Assembly: GCA_964510925.1 (NCBI GenBank) | Contig: CAZEDS010000004.1 | Coordinates: 500-64,499 of the forward strand | Source of the DNA: an uncultured Candidatus Saccharibacteria bacterium | GTDB lineage: Bacteria; Patescibacteriota; WWE3; 2-01-FULL-39-13 | Reading direction: 5' to 3' | DNA: 64,000 nt | Shown here: positions 50,146 to 59,491 of the stretch, piece after piece | Position numbering within the stretch: the stretch's first letter is position 1 | How the letters are laid out: each line of letters starts with the position of its first letter | Notes under the pieces: model-generated | Told to the model about the DNA's origin: nothing | Databases searched by the model: none | Seen by the model: the letters and a program-made list of their open reading frames with translations, nothing else | Made by a program: the position numbers and the translations under genes

Positions 50146-50220
50146 TGGTGACCCTACGGGGAATCGAACCCCGATTTACAGGATGAGAACCTGCTGTCCT
50201 AACCGTTAGACGATAGGGCC
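50146..50220 (-). tRNA. tRNA-Glu (anticodon CUC) with encoded CCA
   Basis: Manual fold gave acceptor GGCCCUA/UAGGGUC, D arm GUCU-AACGGUUA-GGAC, and anticodon stem GCAGG/CCUGU. The anticodon loop is UUCUCAU. T arm is CGGGG-UUCGAUU-CCCCG, with discriminator A followed by CCA. Confidence 0.8.
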
Positions 50221-50551
50221 TTTTATCAATCTATAATGACCATTATAGGCGTTTTTGACTATCAAAATGATAACATACGTTTTATTTACTTTTAACCTTT
50301 ACCAGACCCTTTAGGGCTTGTCAGAACCAATTGTCTTAGCTATAATTCCTGTTCTAGTGTTCTAGACCGATTAATTGTTTGATACGGTTAGTTGACTAGT
50401 TTGCACTAAATAGTAAAATTTTAAAGTTCAAATCGAACATTGCTGGATACCTTAATCCATAGTAATTAAGGGTTAAATCAAATTTAACTGTTATCGCAAT
50501 ATTTACATAAAGTTGGAGTGTTTGTTTTTGAACACATTGAAAGGAATTTAT

Positions 50552-51025
50552 ATGGATAAAAAAATATTATTAACTAAAACAGGATACGAGGATTTAAAGA
50601 TAGAGCTTGATAAGCTTATAAATGTTGAATACCCACATGTTTTGGAGCAGTTGAATCTTGCTCGATCGATGGGTGATCTTAAGGAAAATGGTATGTTTAC
50701 CGTTATGAAAGAAAAACAACTTCAAGTACAAGGTCGAATGGCTGAACTCGAAGAGATTCTTAAGAATGCGGAAATCGTAGACAATAGCGATTCATCAAAT
50801 AGCTCGAAACGAGTTGTTAGTTTTGGCTCAAAAGTCCATTTAGAGTCTGAAAAACAAAAAGTTGCTTACTCAATTGTTGGTTCAGAAGAGGTTAATGCTA
50901 CACTAGGTAAAATCTCGCACGAGTCTCCAATTGGACAAGCTTTGCTAGGAAAAGTTGTCGGAGATGTTGTTGAGGTTAAGATTCCGATGGGTACTATCAA
51001 ATACAAGATTATTGATATTGCCTGA
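50552..51025 (+). CDS. greA: transcription elongation factor GreA
   Basis: N-terminal coiled-coil LTKTGYEDLKIELDKL and C-terminal ISHESPIGQALLGKVVGDVVEV. Start at internal Met14 with an AAGGA RBS. Confidence 0.8.
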   Translation: MDKKILLTKTGYEDLKIELDKLINVEYPHVLEQLNLARSMGDLKENGMFTVMKEKQLQVQGRMAELEEILKNAEIVDNSDSSNSSKRVVSFGSKVHLESEKQKVAYSIVGSEEVNATLGKISHESPIGQALLGKVVGDVVEVKIPMGTIKYKIIDIA

Positions 51026-51050
51026 TTTTATGATATTTTGATATAGAGCA

Positions 51051-51515
51051 ATGACAAAAGGACAAACATTTATAACAGAAGAAGGTTACAAAAAATTAAA
51101 GGAAGAACTAGAGGCTTTGAGAAATGAATCTAGAGTTACGGTTGCTAAAAAAATACAAGAAGCTAGAGAGATGGGCGGAGTAGAAGAAAACCCAGCATAC
51201 GATGTTGCTGTAGAGCAATTTGGTTTTATCGAAGGTCGAATTTCAGAAATCGAAGATGTATTAGCAAATACAACAATTGCTGAAGTCGATAAGAGCGCTA
51301 GTGTTGTTGAATTAGGTGCAAACGTTGTTGTAGAATTTTCTGGTAAAAAAGATACCTTTAGAATTGTTAGTTCAGTTGAGGCCGATCCTACAAAGAGATT
51401 GATTTCAGTAGAATCTCCAGTTGGAAAAGCTTTGCTTGGTGCCAAAAAAGGTGATGTAGTTGTTGTTAAAACACCAGTCATCGTGGCCCATTACAAAATA
51501 ATTGAAATAAAATGA
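51051..51515 (+). CDS. GreA/GreB-family transcription elongation factor (second tandem copy)
   Basis: ITEEGYKKLKEELEALRN and ISVESPVGKALLGAKKGDVVVV. Confidence 0.7.
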   Translation: MTKGQTFITEEGYKKLKEELEALRNESRVTVAKKIQEAREMGGVEENPAYDVAVEQFGFIEGRISEIEDVLANTTIAEVDKSASVVELGANVVVEFSGKKDTFRIVSSVEADPTKRLISVESPVGKALLGAKKGDVVVVKTPVIVAHYKIIEIK

Positions 51516-52879
51516 ATTTTTACAGAGATTACCAATTTGATTTAAACAGATTATCACAGAGCGAAAAAGACGCTGTTGTTCTGATGAAAAAAATGTTGGT
51601 TATCACAGGAGATATTTATAATTTACAATTAGACAAATCTTTTGCAGGTTCAAATTTTTATCCAAAAGATACAAATAAAGATGAGCTTATAGCAGCTTCT
51701 TTAAATGACTCTTCAATTTTAGACCCATATACAGTAGTGAAAAGAGATCCTTCCGGAGCTCTATTTTCTGTCCCTTTTCATAAAGAATATGAACAGTATT
51801 TAAAGCAGATTTCAGATCTTGCTATCGAAGCTTCAAATTTAGATATTGAACCTCAAGTTAAAGATTACTTAAAGCAACTATCAAAAGCATGTTCTGATGA
51901 TAGTTGGGAAGATCTTGAAAATTTTTGGTTAAAGGTTGAAGGTAATAAATTAGATTTTCAATTAGCGCCAATCGAATCATATTTAGATGGAATGATGAGT
52001 ATTAAACACGCTTTTCAAGGTACTATTAGATTTTCATCTGAACGTTCTGATTTTAATCCAGAGAGATACATAGAAACTGTAAAAGCAATCAAATTAACTA
52101 ACATTGAATCAGTAGATACTTTAAAATCAAACACGTCAGTTCGAGTTGACGATTTGATTGCAGCAAGTGGACATCAATATGTTGTCCCAGCACGTGGGTC
52201 AAATTACCCAAATGATATTAATAAGGTTGCAGATTTTGGTACCAAAATTATTGTTTACACAGATAATATAATTAGAAGAGAAAAAGAATCTTTAATTCCT
52301 ACATTAAAAAGAATCTTGGATCAAGAAACTTTATCGCAATTTTCAGATGAAGATTTATTTGGCGCAGGAATTCGAAATGTTCTTGCACATGAAATCGCTG
52401 AAGGTTATATAAAATACCCAGATACTGTAAAAAGATTAAAGAATATGTATTTTCCTATTAGAGAATTACATTCTTCATTAATCGGTTTAAAGATTGCTTC
52501 ACATCATGTTTTGCAAGGTGCATTATCACACCGAGGTTATGAATCTATGCTATTAACATTATTTATTGGACGTGCTTTTAGCGATACTTTGAGAAATGAA
52601 AATCCTGCAAACACAAGCAGAGGTTTAACTTATTATGTACGTGGATATGTTGCTGCCTTTAATTATTTTTTGATGAATAATGCAGCTACTATTACTTCAG
52701 ATAAATTTTTAACGGTAGATTTTCCTAAAGTTTTTGCATGTTTGGATCAACTTTCACAAGAGATTGGTGATATAAAACGGGAAGGTACAGAAGTTACTGC
52801 AAATGAATTTTTCAAAAAATACGAACACTATGAATTTATAGATGCTTTTAGAGATCGACTAAAAGATATAAATTATTAA
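51512..52879 (+). CDS. hypothetical protein
   Basis: 455-aa ORF overlapping the upstream stop by 4 nt. No confident motif. Confidence 0.4.
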   Translation: MNFYRDYQFDLNRLSQSEKDAVVLMKKMLVITGDIYNLQLDKSFAGSNFYPKDTNKDELIAASLNDSSILDPYTVVKRDPSGALFSVPFHKEYEQYLKQISDLAIEASNLDIEPQVKDYLKQLSKACSDDSWEDLENFWLKVEGNKLDFQLAPIESYLDGMMSIKHAFQGTIRFSSERSDFNPERYIETVKAIKLTNIESVDTLKSNTSVRVDDLIAASGHQYVVPARGSNYPNDINKVADFGTKIIVYTDNIIRREKESLIPTLKRILDQETLSQFSDEDLFGAGIRNVLAHEIAEGYIKYPDTVKRLKNMYFPIRELHSSLIGLKIASHHVLQGALSHRGYESMLLTLFIGRAFSDTLRNENPANTSRGLTYYVRGYVAAFNYFLMNNAATITSDKFLTVDFPKVFACLDQLSQEIGDIKREGTEVTANEFFKKYEHYEFIDAFRDRLKDINY

Positions 52880-52922
52880 TTCAAACGTAAATACAGCCTT
52901 TTTACATGATAAAATTGATCAC

Positions 52923-54446
52923 ATGAATGATCATAATACTTCAAACCAAGATTCACAGGCCGAAGGCCAACTTCCATTAGAAAGTTTAAGACAAATCCGA
53001 ATTGAAAAACTAAAAAAACTACAAGAACTCGGACTCGAACCATTTCCATCCAAATCAAATAGAACTCATAACATATCTGAAATAGTAGAAAATTTTGATC
53101 AACATGAAAATAATGAGGTAACAATTTGTGGTCGTTTAATGTCATGGCGAGAACACGGTGCATTAATTTTTGGTGATGTTCGTGATGCGAGCGGCAAAAT
53201 ACAACTTTATATAAAAACAGATGAAGTTAAGCCATTTGATAAAAATTCTCAAAATTTAGGATTAGAAAACTTTGGGTTATTAGATATCGGTGATTTTGTT
53301 GAAGCAACAGGTACAGTAACAAAAACAAAACGTGGTGAGATTTCTGTTTTGTTGCAGACGATTCGAATTTTAACCAAATCTATTAGACCAATGCCAAGCG
53401 CACATTTTGGTCTTAAAGATGAAGAAGATCGATATCGACAAAGATATGTTGATTTAGTTTTGAATCCTGAACTTAGAGATTTGTTTTTGAAAAAATCAAA
53501 ATTTTGGAATGCTGTCCGAAATTTTATGGTAAGCAAAAACTTTATCGAAGTAGAAACTCCAGTTTTAGAAAATAGTGCAGGAGGTGCAGATGCAACTCCA
53601 TTTGTAACTCATCATAACGCATTAGATATTGATGTATATTTGAGAATTTCTATGGGAGAGCTTTGGCAAAAAAGATTAATGGTAGGCGGTTTTGAAAAAA
53701 CATTTGAGCTAGGCAGACAATTCCGTAACGAAGGAATGAGTCGTGAACATTTGCAAGATTACACTCAAATGGAATTTTATTGGGCATATGCAAATTATAA
53801 AGATTCAATGGCCTTAGTCGAAGAAATGTATAAGTATGTTGCACAAGAAACTTTTGGTACTACAGTATTTAAAATAAATGGTTTCGATGTTGACTTGAAT
53901 AAAACTTGGGAACAAATAAATTATCGAGACATAATATTAGATCGACATAAAATTGATATCATGACAGCAACAAAAGATGATTTAGCAGCAAAAGCTCGAG
54001 AGCTAAAAGCTGAATTTGATTCAACTGCGGATCGTGGTCGTTTGATTGATTTAATTTGGAAAAACATTCGTAAAACAATTTCTGGTCCAGCATTTTTAGT
54101 CGGTCATCCAGTTGAAGTTTCACCATTGGCAAAGAGAGATTTATCAAGCCCAGATTTTACAGAACGCTATCAAATAATTTTAGCAGGAAGCGAAATGGGC
54201 AATGGGTATTCTGAGCTTAATGATCCAATCGATCAATCAGAGCGTTTTGAATCTCAACAAAAATTACGAGATGCAGGTGACTCAGAGGCTCAGATGCATG
54301 ATTATGATTTTGTTCGAGCACTTGAATACGGAATGCCTCCAGTTACAGGTTTTGGCGTGAGCGAAAGATTATTTTCATTTTTAGCGGATAAAACAATCCG
54401 TGAATGCGTACTGTTTCCTTTGTTAAAGCCTGAAGAGCATGCTTGA
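52923..54446 (+). CDS. lysS: lysyl-tRNA synthetase, class II
   Basis: OB-fold N-domain (VTICGRLMSWREHGALIFGDVRD). Motif 2 FRNEGMSREH. Motif 3 region GYSELNDP. Confidence 0.9.
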   Translation: MNDHNTSNQDSQAEGQLPLESLRQIRIEKLKKLQELGLEPFPSKSNRTHNISEIVENFDQHENNEVTICGRLMSWREHGALIFGDVRDASGKIQLYIKTDEVKPFDKNSQNLGLENFGLLDIGDFVEATGTVTKTKRGEISVLLQTIRILTKSIRPMPSAHFGLKDEEDRYRQRYVDLVLNPELRDLFLKKSKFWNAVRNFMVSKNFIEVETPVLENSAGGADATPFVTHHNALDIDVYLRISMGELWQKRLMVGGFEKTFELGRQFRNEGMSREHLQDYTQMEFYWAYANYKDSMALVEEMYKYVAQETFGTTVFKINGFDVDLNKTWEQINYRDIILDRHKIDIMTATKDDLAAKARELKAEFDSTADRGRLIDLIWKNIRKTISGPAFLVGHPVEVSPLAKRDLSSPDFTERYQIILAGSEMGNGYSELNDPIDQSERFESQQKLRDAGDSEAQMHDYDFVRALEYGMPPVTGFGVSERLFSFLADKTIRECVLFPLLKPEEHA

Positions 54447-54969
54447 TTTATTTGAGGCGGATCCACTAAATGAAAATCCACAACTTAATATAGGAGATTT
54501 TATTCCTGACGTATTAAGATTGAGTGTTGATGAGCTTAAATCTTTAAAATCTTTGTATGAGGGGTTATATAGACCAGCATTAACAGATTTTGGTATTAAT
54601 CATTCATTTGTGCAGTTTGGATCAATTTATTTTTCTGATTTGAATCCTTGGATGATTAATCGAGTACGAAGTGGTATGCAACTTACGCAAAGCAAAATTT
54701 CTCAATATGATCCAACTGCGATTTGTTGTAGAGTCTTGGGAATTGATGGATGTAGTTTAACTGATCGCGAGTTATATATCGAATTAACACATTATCCTAA
54801 GGATAGTGAATCGAATACTCTTCGTGCACATATATCTCGTAGGGAGAATGGAACTATTGAAGCTGGAAGTTTACATGTTTTTGTGCCTGATATTTATTCT
54901 GAAACAGGTTGGAGAAATCTGAAAGAAGGAATTTTAAGGCAATCATCATATACTTATGAGTTTAAATAA
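54439..54969 (+). CDS. hypothetical protein
   Basis: ORF overlapping the lysS stop. No motif. Confidence 0.35.
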   Translation: MLDLFEADPLNENPQLNIGDFIPDVLRLSVDELKSLKSLYEGLYRPALTDFGINHSFVQFGSIYFSDLNPWMINRVRSGMQLTQSKISQYDPTAICCRVLGIDGCSLTDRELYIELTHYPKDSESNTLRAHISRRENGTIEAGSLHVFVPDIYSETGWRNLKEGILRQSSYTYEFK

Positions 54970-55558
54970 ACAAACCGCAATTGACCTTTTGCATAGCCAT
55001 ATGCAAAACATAAATTTAAGAAGGCACTGTTATGGCGTATCTGTATCAATGGGTGCAATTTATGATTATCTTCAATCAAAAGGAATGCTATTACCGACTG
55101 AACCGGTAAAAGAAGTTTGGGAGATTTTTGGAGTGTTACATGATTCTGATTACGAAATTACAAAAGATGATTGGACGAAACATACTTTAATAACATTGGA
55201 TTGGTTAAAAGAGATTGGTTACGATGTTGATTCTGATCCACTTTGTTTAGCAATCAAATCTCATAATAATAAAATTACAAATTTACGAGAGCCAGAAACT
55301 CAAATGGAATGGGCTCTGGAATGTTGCGATGAATTGAGTGGCTTTATAGTTGCCTGTGCATTAGTTATGCCAGACAAAAAATTAAAAGATGTCGATTTTG
55401 AATCTGTTAAAAAGAAATTTAGATCAAACGGCTTTGCAAAAGCCGTTGATCGTGAGCAAATTGCACAATGTTCACAACGATTGGGCATTGAGCTTGATGA
55501 TTTTATAAAAATAGTTTTAGATGGAATGAAATCAAATTCCGATTGGTTAGGATTATGA
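54956..55558 (+). CDS. HD-domain phosphohydrolase
   Basis: An H...HD pattern (LHSHM ... GVLHDSDYE). Confidence 0.55.
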   Translation: MSLNKQTAIDLLHSHMQNINLRRHCYGVSVSMGAIYDYLQSKGMLLPTEPVKEVWEIFGVLHDSDYEITKDDWTKHTLITLDWLKEIGYDVDSDPLCLAIKSHNNKITNLREPETQMEWALECCDELSGFIVACALVMPDKKLKDVDFESVKKKFRSNGFAKAVDREQIAQCSQRLGIELDDFIKIVLDGMKSNSDWLGL

Positions 55559-56520
55559 AAGCAGCAATTGAATATTCTAAAATCCAAGAGTTTTCAGAGC
55601 AATCAGGTATTTCATTAAAGAAAATATTTAAACTTGTTGAGCTCTTATCATTGAGCGAATCTGGAATTCAAAATTCAGAATTAATTAGGTCTACAGGATT
55701 ATCAAAGCAATCAATCAATTTATTTGAAAAAGCATTCACTCATTTTTTCAATCCAAATGTTAACGGTATTATCAGCTTTAATATAAAAGGAAAAGATTTA
55801 TATCAAACCTTAAAAACCCATCAATATATAAATGAATTAAAATTTAGCCGTGATGAATTAAATTTTATTGAATTTGCATTAGAGCAAAGGCCAGGTGCAC
55901 AAAGGGATTTTGATCAATTTTATGCTGATTTAGAAACTCCAATAAAAAGAGCCAAATATATGTCATCAAATTTTGATTTGCAAAATAAAAAAATTTTATT
56001 TATTGGTGATGATGACTTTGGTTCAATTGTTGCAGCAATAACAAAATTGCCTAGTCAAATTACAGTTTTAGAAATTGATAAAAATTTATTAAACGTAATA
56101 AAAAAAATCTCAGAAAAAAATAAATTGAATATTCAAACAGTTGAGTACGATGCTTTAAAAAAATTAGAGCCAAAATTTTATAATGCATTCGATATTGTTT
56201 TTATTGATCCGCCATACACTGAATCAGGCGTGAATTTATTTTTATCACGTGCAATTGATGCTTTAAAGCAAACTAATAATTGCGCAAAAATTTATTTGAA
56301 TTTTGGTGCAAGTGATTTGGCTCGTGAACGATATATTGGTATCCAAGAAATTATTAATAAATCAGGATTATATATGAGATCAATTAATGATAATTTTAGT
56401 CATTATTATGGAGCAGAGTCTATCGGTAGCCATTCGACTTTGTATGAACTTGAACGGACGCCAAAAACAAAGGCAATGATCTCAGGATCTTTTTCTGGGA
56501 AGATCTATACGAATGATTAG
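55543..56520 (+). CDS. DUF43 / BpsA-like putative aminopropyltransferase (methyltransferase fold) with N-terminal wHTH-like region
   Basis: LFIGDDDFGSIV GDDD motif, FIDPPYT, and an N-terminal helix-turn-helix-like segment. Convergent with the SAM decarboxylase gene. Confidence 0.5.
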   Translation: MVRIMKAAIEYSKIQEFSEQSGISLKKIFKLVELLSLSESGIQNSELIRSTGLSKQSINLFEKAFTHFFNPNVNGIISFNIKGKDLYQTLKTHQYINELKFSRDELNFIEFALEQRPGAQRDFDQFYADLETPIKRAKYMSSNFDLQNKKILFIGDDDFGSIVAAITKLPSQITVLEIDKNLLNVIKKISEKNKLNIQTVEYDALKKLEPKFYNAFDIVFIDPPYTESGVNLFLSRAIDALKQTNNCAKIYLNFGASDLARERYIGIQEIINKSGLYMRSINDNFSHYYGAESIGSHSTLYELERTPKTKAMISGSFSGKIYTND

Positions 56521-56529
56521 GTCGATATT

Positions 56530-56856
56530 TTAGCTATTATTTTTATAAAATATCTCATTGATAACTGTAGTAAATTTTTGGGTTGTTAATCCTTTCTTAC
56601 AACATACTAGGTCTATGTGAACAAAATTGTATTCTGGCCAATAGTGGAGTGCTATATGTGATTCGCTTAGGATTCTAATTGTTGTATATCCGTGTGGGTC
56701 AAATTTATGCTCGAGTTTACCTAAAATTGTTAGATCAAGGTTTTGGCAAATTGTGTCTAATGCTATATCTAGCTCATTATTTGTATATTGCTTTTTGGTT
56801 GAAATTTCTTGAGTAAATTGTTGGTAGTATGGCTTCATTTTTTTGTTTGTAGACAT
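56530..56856 (-). CDS. speH: S-adenosylmethionine decarboxylase proenzyme (small pyruvoyl-dependent SpeH type)
   Basis: SESHIALHYWPE self-cleavage site (ES-H). 108 aa. Confidence 0.8.
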   Translation of the reverse strand: MSTNKKMKPYYQQFTQEISTKKQYTNNELDIALDTICQNLDLTILGKLEHKFDPHGYTTIRILSESHIALHYWPEYNFVHIDLVCCKKGLTTQKFTTVINEIFYKNNS

Positions 56857-56954
56857 TATACCGGTTTTCTTTGATATAATGTTGTAAAGCGTTGAAAAAG
56901 TCTAGCAGCTTTGGAGCTTAATTCTGTTGATACCTCGAGCGTCCCAGTTTTGGG

Positions 56955-56990
56955 AAAGGGGAGTGGCACCGCGGATCTTTTGATTCGTCT
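56955..56990 (+). promoter_or_regulatory. T-box-like motif (GGGGAGUGGCACCGCGG) plus short hairpin in the serS leader
   Basis: Partial match to the T-box consensus AGGGUGGNACCGCGG, with an AG insertion. The UGGC bulge would pair with a G discriminator, as in tRNA-Ser. Stem I was not confidently identified. Confidence 0.25.
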
Positions 56991-57017
56991 CCTCTAGTTC
57001 ATATTTTTCATTTATAT

Positions 57018-58286
57018 ATGTTGGATATTAAGTTTATCCGTAACAACGTTCAGTTAGTTAGAGATGCTATAAAAAATAAGCAGCTCTTAAAAACTATAGA
57101 TTTAGATCGATTGCTGGAGCTCGATCAAAAGTTATCAACTTTAACCCTTGAGTTGAATGAATTGAGGTCAAAACGAAATCAACTTGATGATCAAATCAAA
57201 ACGACTAAAGATATTGAAGAAAAAAAGAAAATTATTGCTGAAGCTTCATTGTTAAAGCCTACGATTCAAGAAAAAGAGTCAAAAATAGCTGAATTAAAGC
57301 CTGAATTTGATGCGTTAATGCTTTGGGTTCCAAATCCACCAGCTGCAGATGTACCAATTGGTGAAGATGAATCAGGAAACAAAGTTTTGTATTCTAAAGG
57401 TAACAAACGAGAATACGACTTTGAACCAAAAGATCATATGGATTTAGCTGAGAATTTAGATATTCTTGATACAAAAAGAGGTTCAAAAATCGCAGGATTC
57501 AGAGGCTATTTTATAAAAGGCAAAGGTATGATTTTGGAACAAGCACTTTTGCGATATGCCTTGGATTTTATGGTTGAAAAGGGTTTTACACCAATGAATG
57601 TTCCAATAATGGTCGACAAAAGATGGTTAACAGGGACTGGGTATTTTCCATGGGGACAAGAAGATCATTATTATACTCAAGATGACGAAGCACTTGTCGG
57701 TACTGCAGAAGTTTCACTAACTGCATATTATGCGGATGAAACTTTAAATGAGTCTGATCTTCCAATTAAATTAACTGGTCAGTCATTATGCTTTAGACGA
57801 GAAGTTGGAAGCCACGGAAAAGATACAAAAGGTGTTTTTAGGGTTCACACTTTTAATAAAGTTGAACAAGTTGTTTTATTACCAGCCGATGAGGATTTAA
57901 CACGTGAATGGCACGATAAAATGCGTGATTATGCAGAAGAAATTTTGCAAGGCCTAGGTTTGCATTATCAAGTTTTGTTGATGTGCACAGGCGATATGGG
58001 CGCTGGGCAAAGAAGAAAATATGACATTGAAACTTGGTTTCCAGCTCAAAAAAAGTTTAGAGAAACTCATTCTGATTCATATTTTAATGATTTTCAAGCT
58101 CGAAGGCTAAACATGAAATATAAAACTAAAGATGGTGAAACCAAATATGTGTACACGTTGAATAACACGGTAGCCGCTACACCAAGGCTTTTGGCTGCAG
58201 TCATTGAAAACTATCAACAAAAAGACGGTACAATTTTAGTCCCAGAAGTTTTGCGAAAGTATACTGGTTTTGACGTTATTGATTGA
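57018..58286 (+). CDS. serS: seryl-tRNA synthetase
   Basis: N-terminal coiled-coil, then the class II core FRREVGSHGKDTKGVFRVHTFNKVE ... GAGQRRKYDIETWFP. Confidence 0.9.
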   Translation: MLDIKFIRNNVQLVRDAIKNKQLLKTIDLDRLLELDQKLSTLTLELNELRSKRNQLDDQIKTTKDIEEKKKIIAEASLLKPTIQEKESKIAELKPEFDALMLWVPNPPAADVPIGEDESGNKVLYSKGNKREYDFEPKDHMDLAENLDILDTKRGSKIAGFRGYFIKGKGMILEQALLRYALDFMVEKGFTPMNVPIMVDKRWLTGTGYFPWGQEDHYYTQDDEALVGTAEVSLTAYYADETLNESDLPIKLTGQSLCFRREVGSHGKDTKGVFRVHTFNKVEQVVLLPADEDLTREWHDKMRDYAEEILQGLGLHYQVLLMCTGDMGAGQRRKYDIETWFPAQKKFRETHSDSYFNDFQARRLNMKYKTKDGETKYVYTLNNTVAATPRLLAAVIENYQQKDGTILVPEVLRKYTGFDVID

Positions 58287-58899
58287 TATGACTGACGCAG
58301 AACTATCAAAATTGTTTGGTGGACCTGTAACAAGTATTAATCCTGATCACGTTGAAGGTCCAACAAATCTCGAGAATCTAGACGAAGCTGTAAAGCCAGT
58401 TAACAATGAGGAAGTACTGAGTCCTGCAAACCCAGAACTTATTGTAGCTTTTGCTGAAATGCAAAAGAATCCTTCAAGGTTTAAATTCTTAGATCAAGTT
58501 TATAAGATTTTTGACCTTTTGGGTGTTGAAGATTTTGAAGACGGAGAGCTACCCTCTTTGTATGCAAAGGCGATTTCTATTATTAATAGCGGTGGTTTGG
58601 GTACTAAGGTTTCGATTAGCTATCAATCTACAGAAGAAAAGACACTGGGTACTATTGTATTTAGCAATTTTTCTGGTGAAACTGTTGCGTTAAGTGTTTT
58701 TGATCCTCAGCATATTGATCGAATTACAAGGCTAAAACCGAGAATTGATTTTACAAGATTTTCGCCAGATTATACTTTTCAAACTTTAAAGCCAGATGAA
58801 TTTGCAAGTGAATACGAAGGACTGGAACAATTTATAACAAGTGCTAAAAATGATCCTAATACACAAATATATGTGAAAGATGTTAAAAGTCCTTATTAG
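58270..58899 (+). CDS. hypothetical protein
   Basis: ORF overlapping the serS 3' end by 17 nt. No motif. Confidence 0.35.
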   Translation: MTLLIDMTDAELSKLFGGPVTSINPDHVEGPTNLENLDEAVKPVNNEEVLSPANPELIVAFAEMQKNPSRFKFLDQVYKIFDLLGVEDFEDGELPSLYAKAISIINSGGLGTKVSISYQSTEEKTLGTIVFSNFSGETVALSVFDPQHIDRITRLKPRIDFTRFSPDYTFQTLKPDEFASEYEGLEQFITSAKNDPNTQIYVKDVKSPY

Positions 58900-58946
58900 T
58901 TGTTGGATTTGTTTGATTTGCATTAATTAAAAATTTTAAGCATAAT

Positions 58947-59219
58947 ATGTATATGCCAATTAATTCAATAAATAATGCTGGAGAGGATGCGGGTTTAGAA
59001 ACAGAATTTAATATTAAAGCAGCTAGAGAAGCTTTTGTTCAGTCCAATGGAATTGGTCCAATTTCTGAGTATGTTGCTGAACAGATTTTTGATGAAGGTC
59101 AGAATAAGACGCTTTTGAATGAGCTTGGTTTAAGTTCTGCAAAGATGTTAGATTTAATCTTCGGAAAAACTGAAGTTAAAGATTTCGATCCTGATGCTGG
59201 TAAAAACAAAAAGCCTTGA
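58947..59219 (+). CDS. hypothetical small protein
   Basis: 90-aa ORF. Confidence 0.3.
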   Translation: MYMPINSINNAGEDAGLETEFNIKAAREAFVQSNGIGPISEYVAEQIFDEGQNKTLLNELGLSSAKMLDLIFGKTEVKDFDPDAGKNKKP

Positions 59220-59260
59220 AGTGTAAAAACTATTTTATTTGAGTATTTATAAAATTCTGG

Positions 59261-59335
59261 GTCGCGTTTAGCATATGTGATTCGGTTGTTTTTCTCGTGT
59301 TGAGAAAAAAACTTGTCACGCTAAACGCGACCCAC
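59261..59335. repeat. 14-bp perfect inverted repeat (GGGTCGCGTTTAGC ... GCTAAACGCGACCC) with 47-nt spacer; long hairpin
   Basis: Read directly. It is followed by the near-palindrome ATGGCTGATCGGCCAT and a T9 run. Confidence 0.45.
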
Positions 59336-59491
59336 TTGAGTTATGGCTGATCGGCCATTTGGCACCTCCTTTATTTTTTTTTGCCCTCAAGAATTGCAGA
59401 CTTAAAGAGTATCATTTGAGTCTATTTGTGTCAACCCATAGTATGCAGGGTTTGTTAGTTTGAGGAGAGATTTTAGTGCTAAAATGTTTTA

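Noticed and set aside
51086-51481. 131-aa antisense ORF inside the second greA paralog
   Set aside because: It lies fully inside a well-supported gene on the other strand. Its Thr/Ser-rich translation is an antisense artefact.
59337-59400. tiny minus-strand ORF (MADQP) after an AAGGAGGTG-like sequence
   Set aside because: Five codons only. More likely part of the hairpin/terminator structure.
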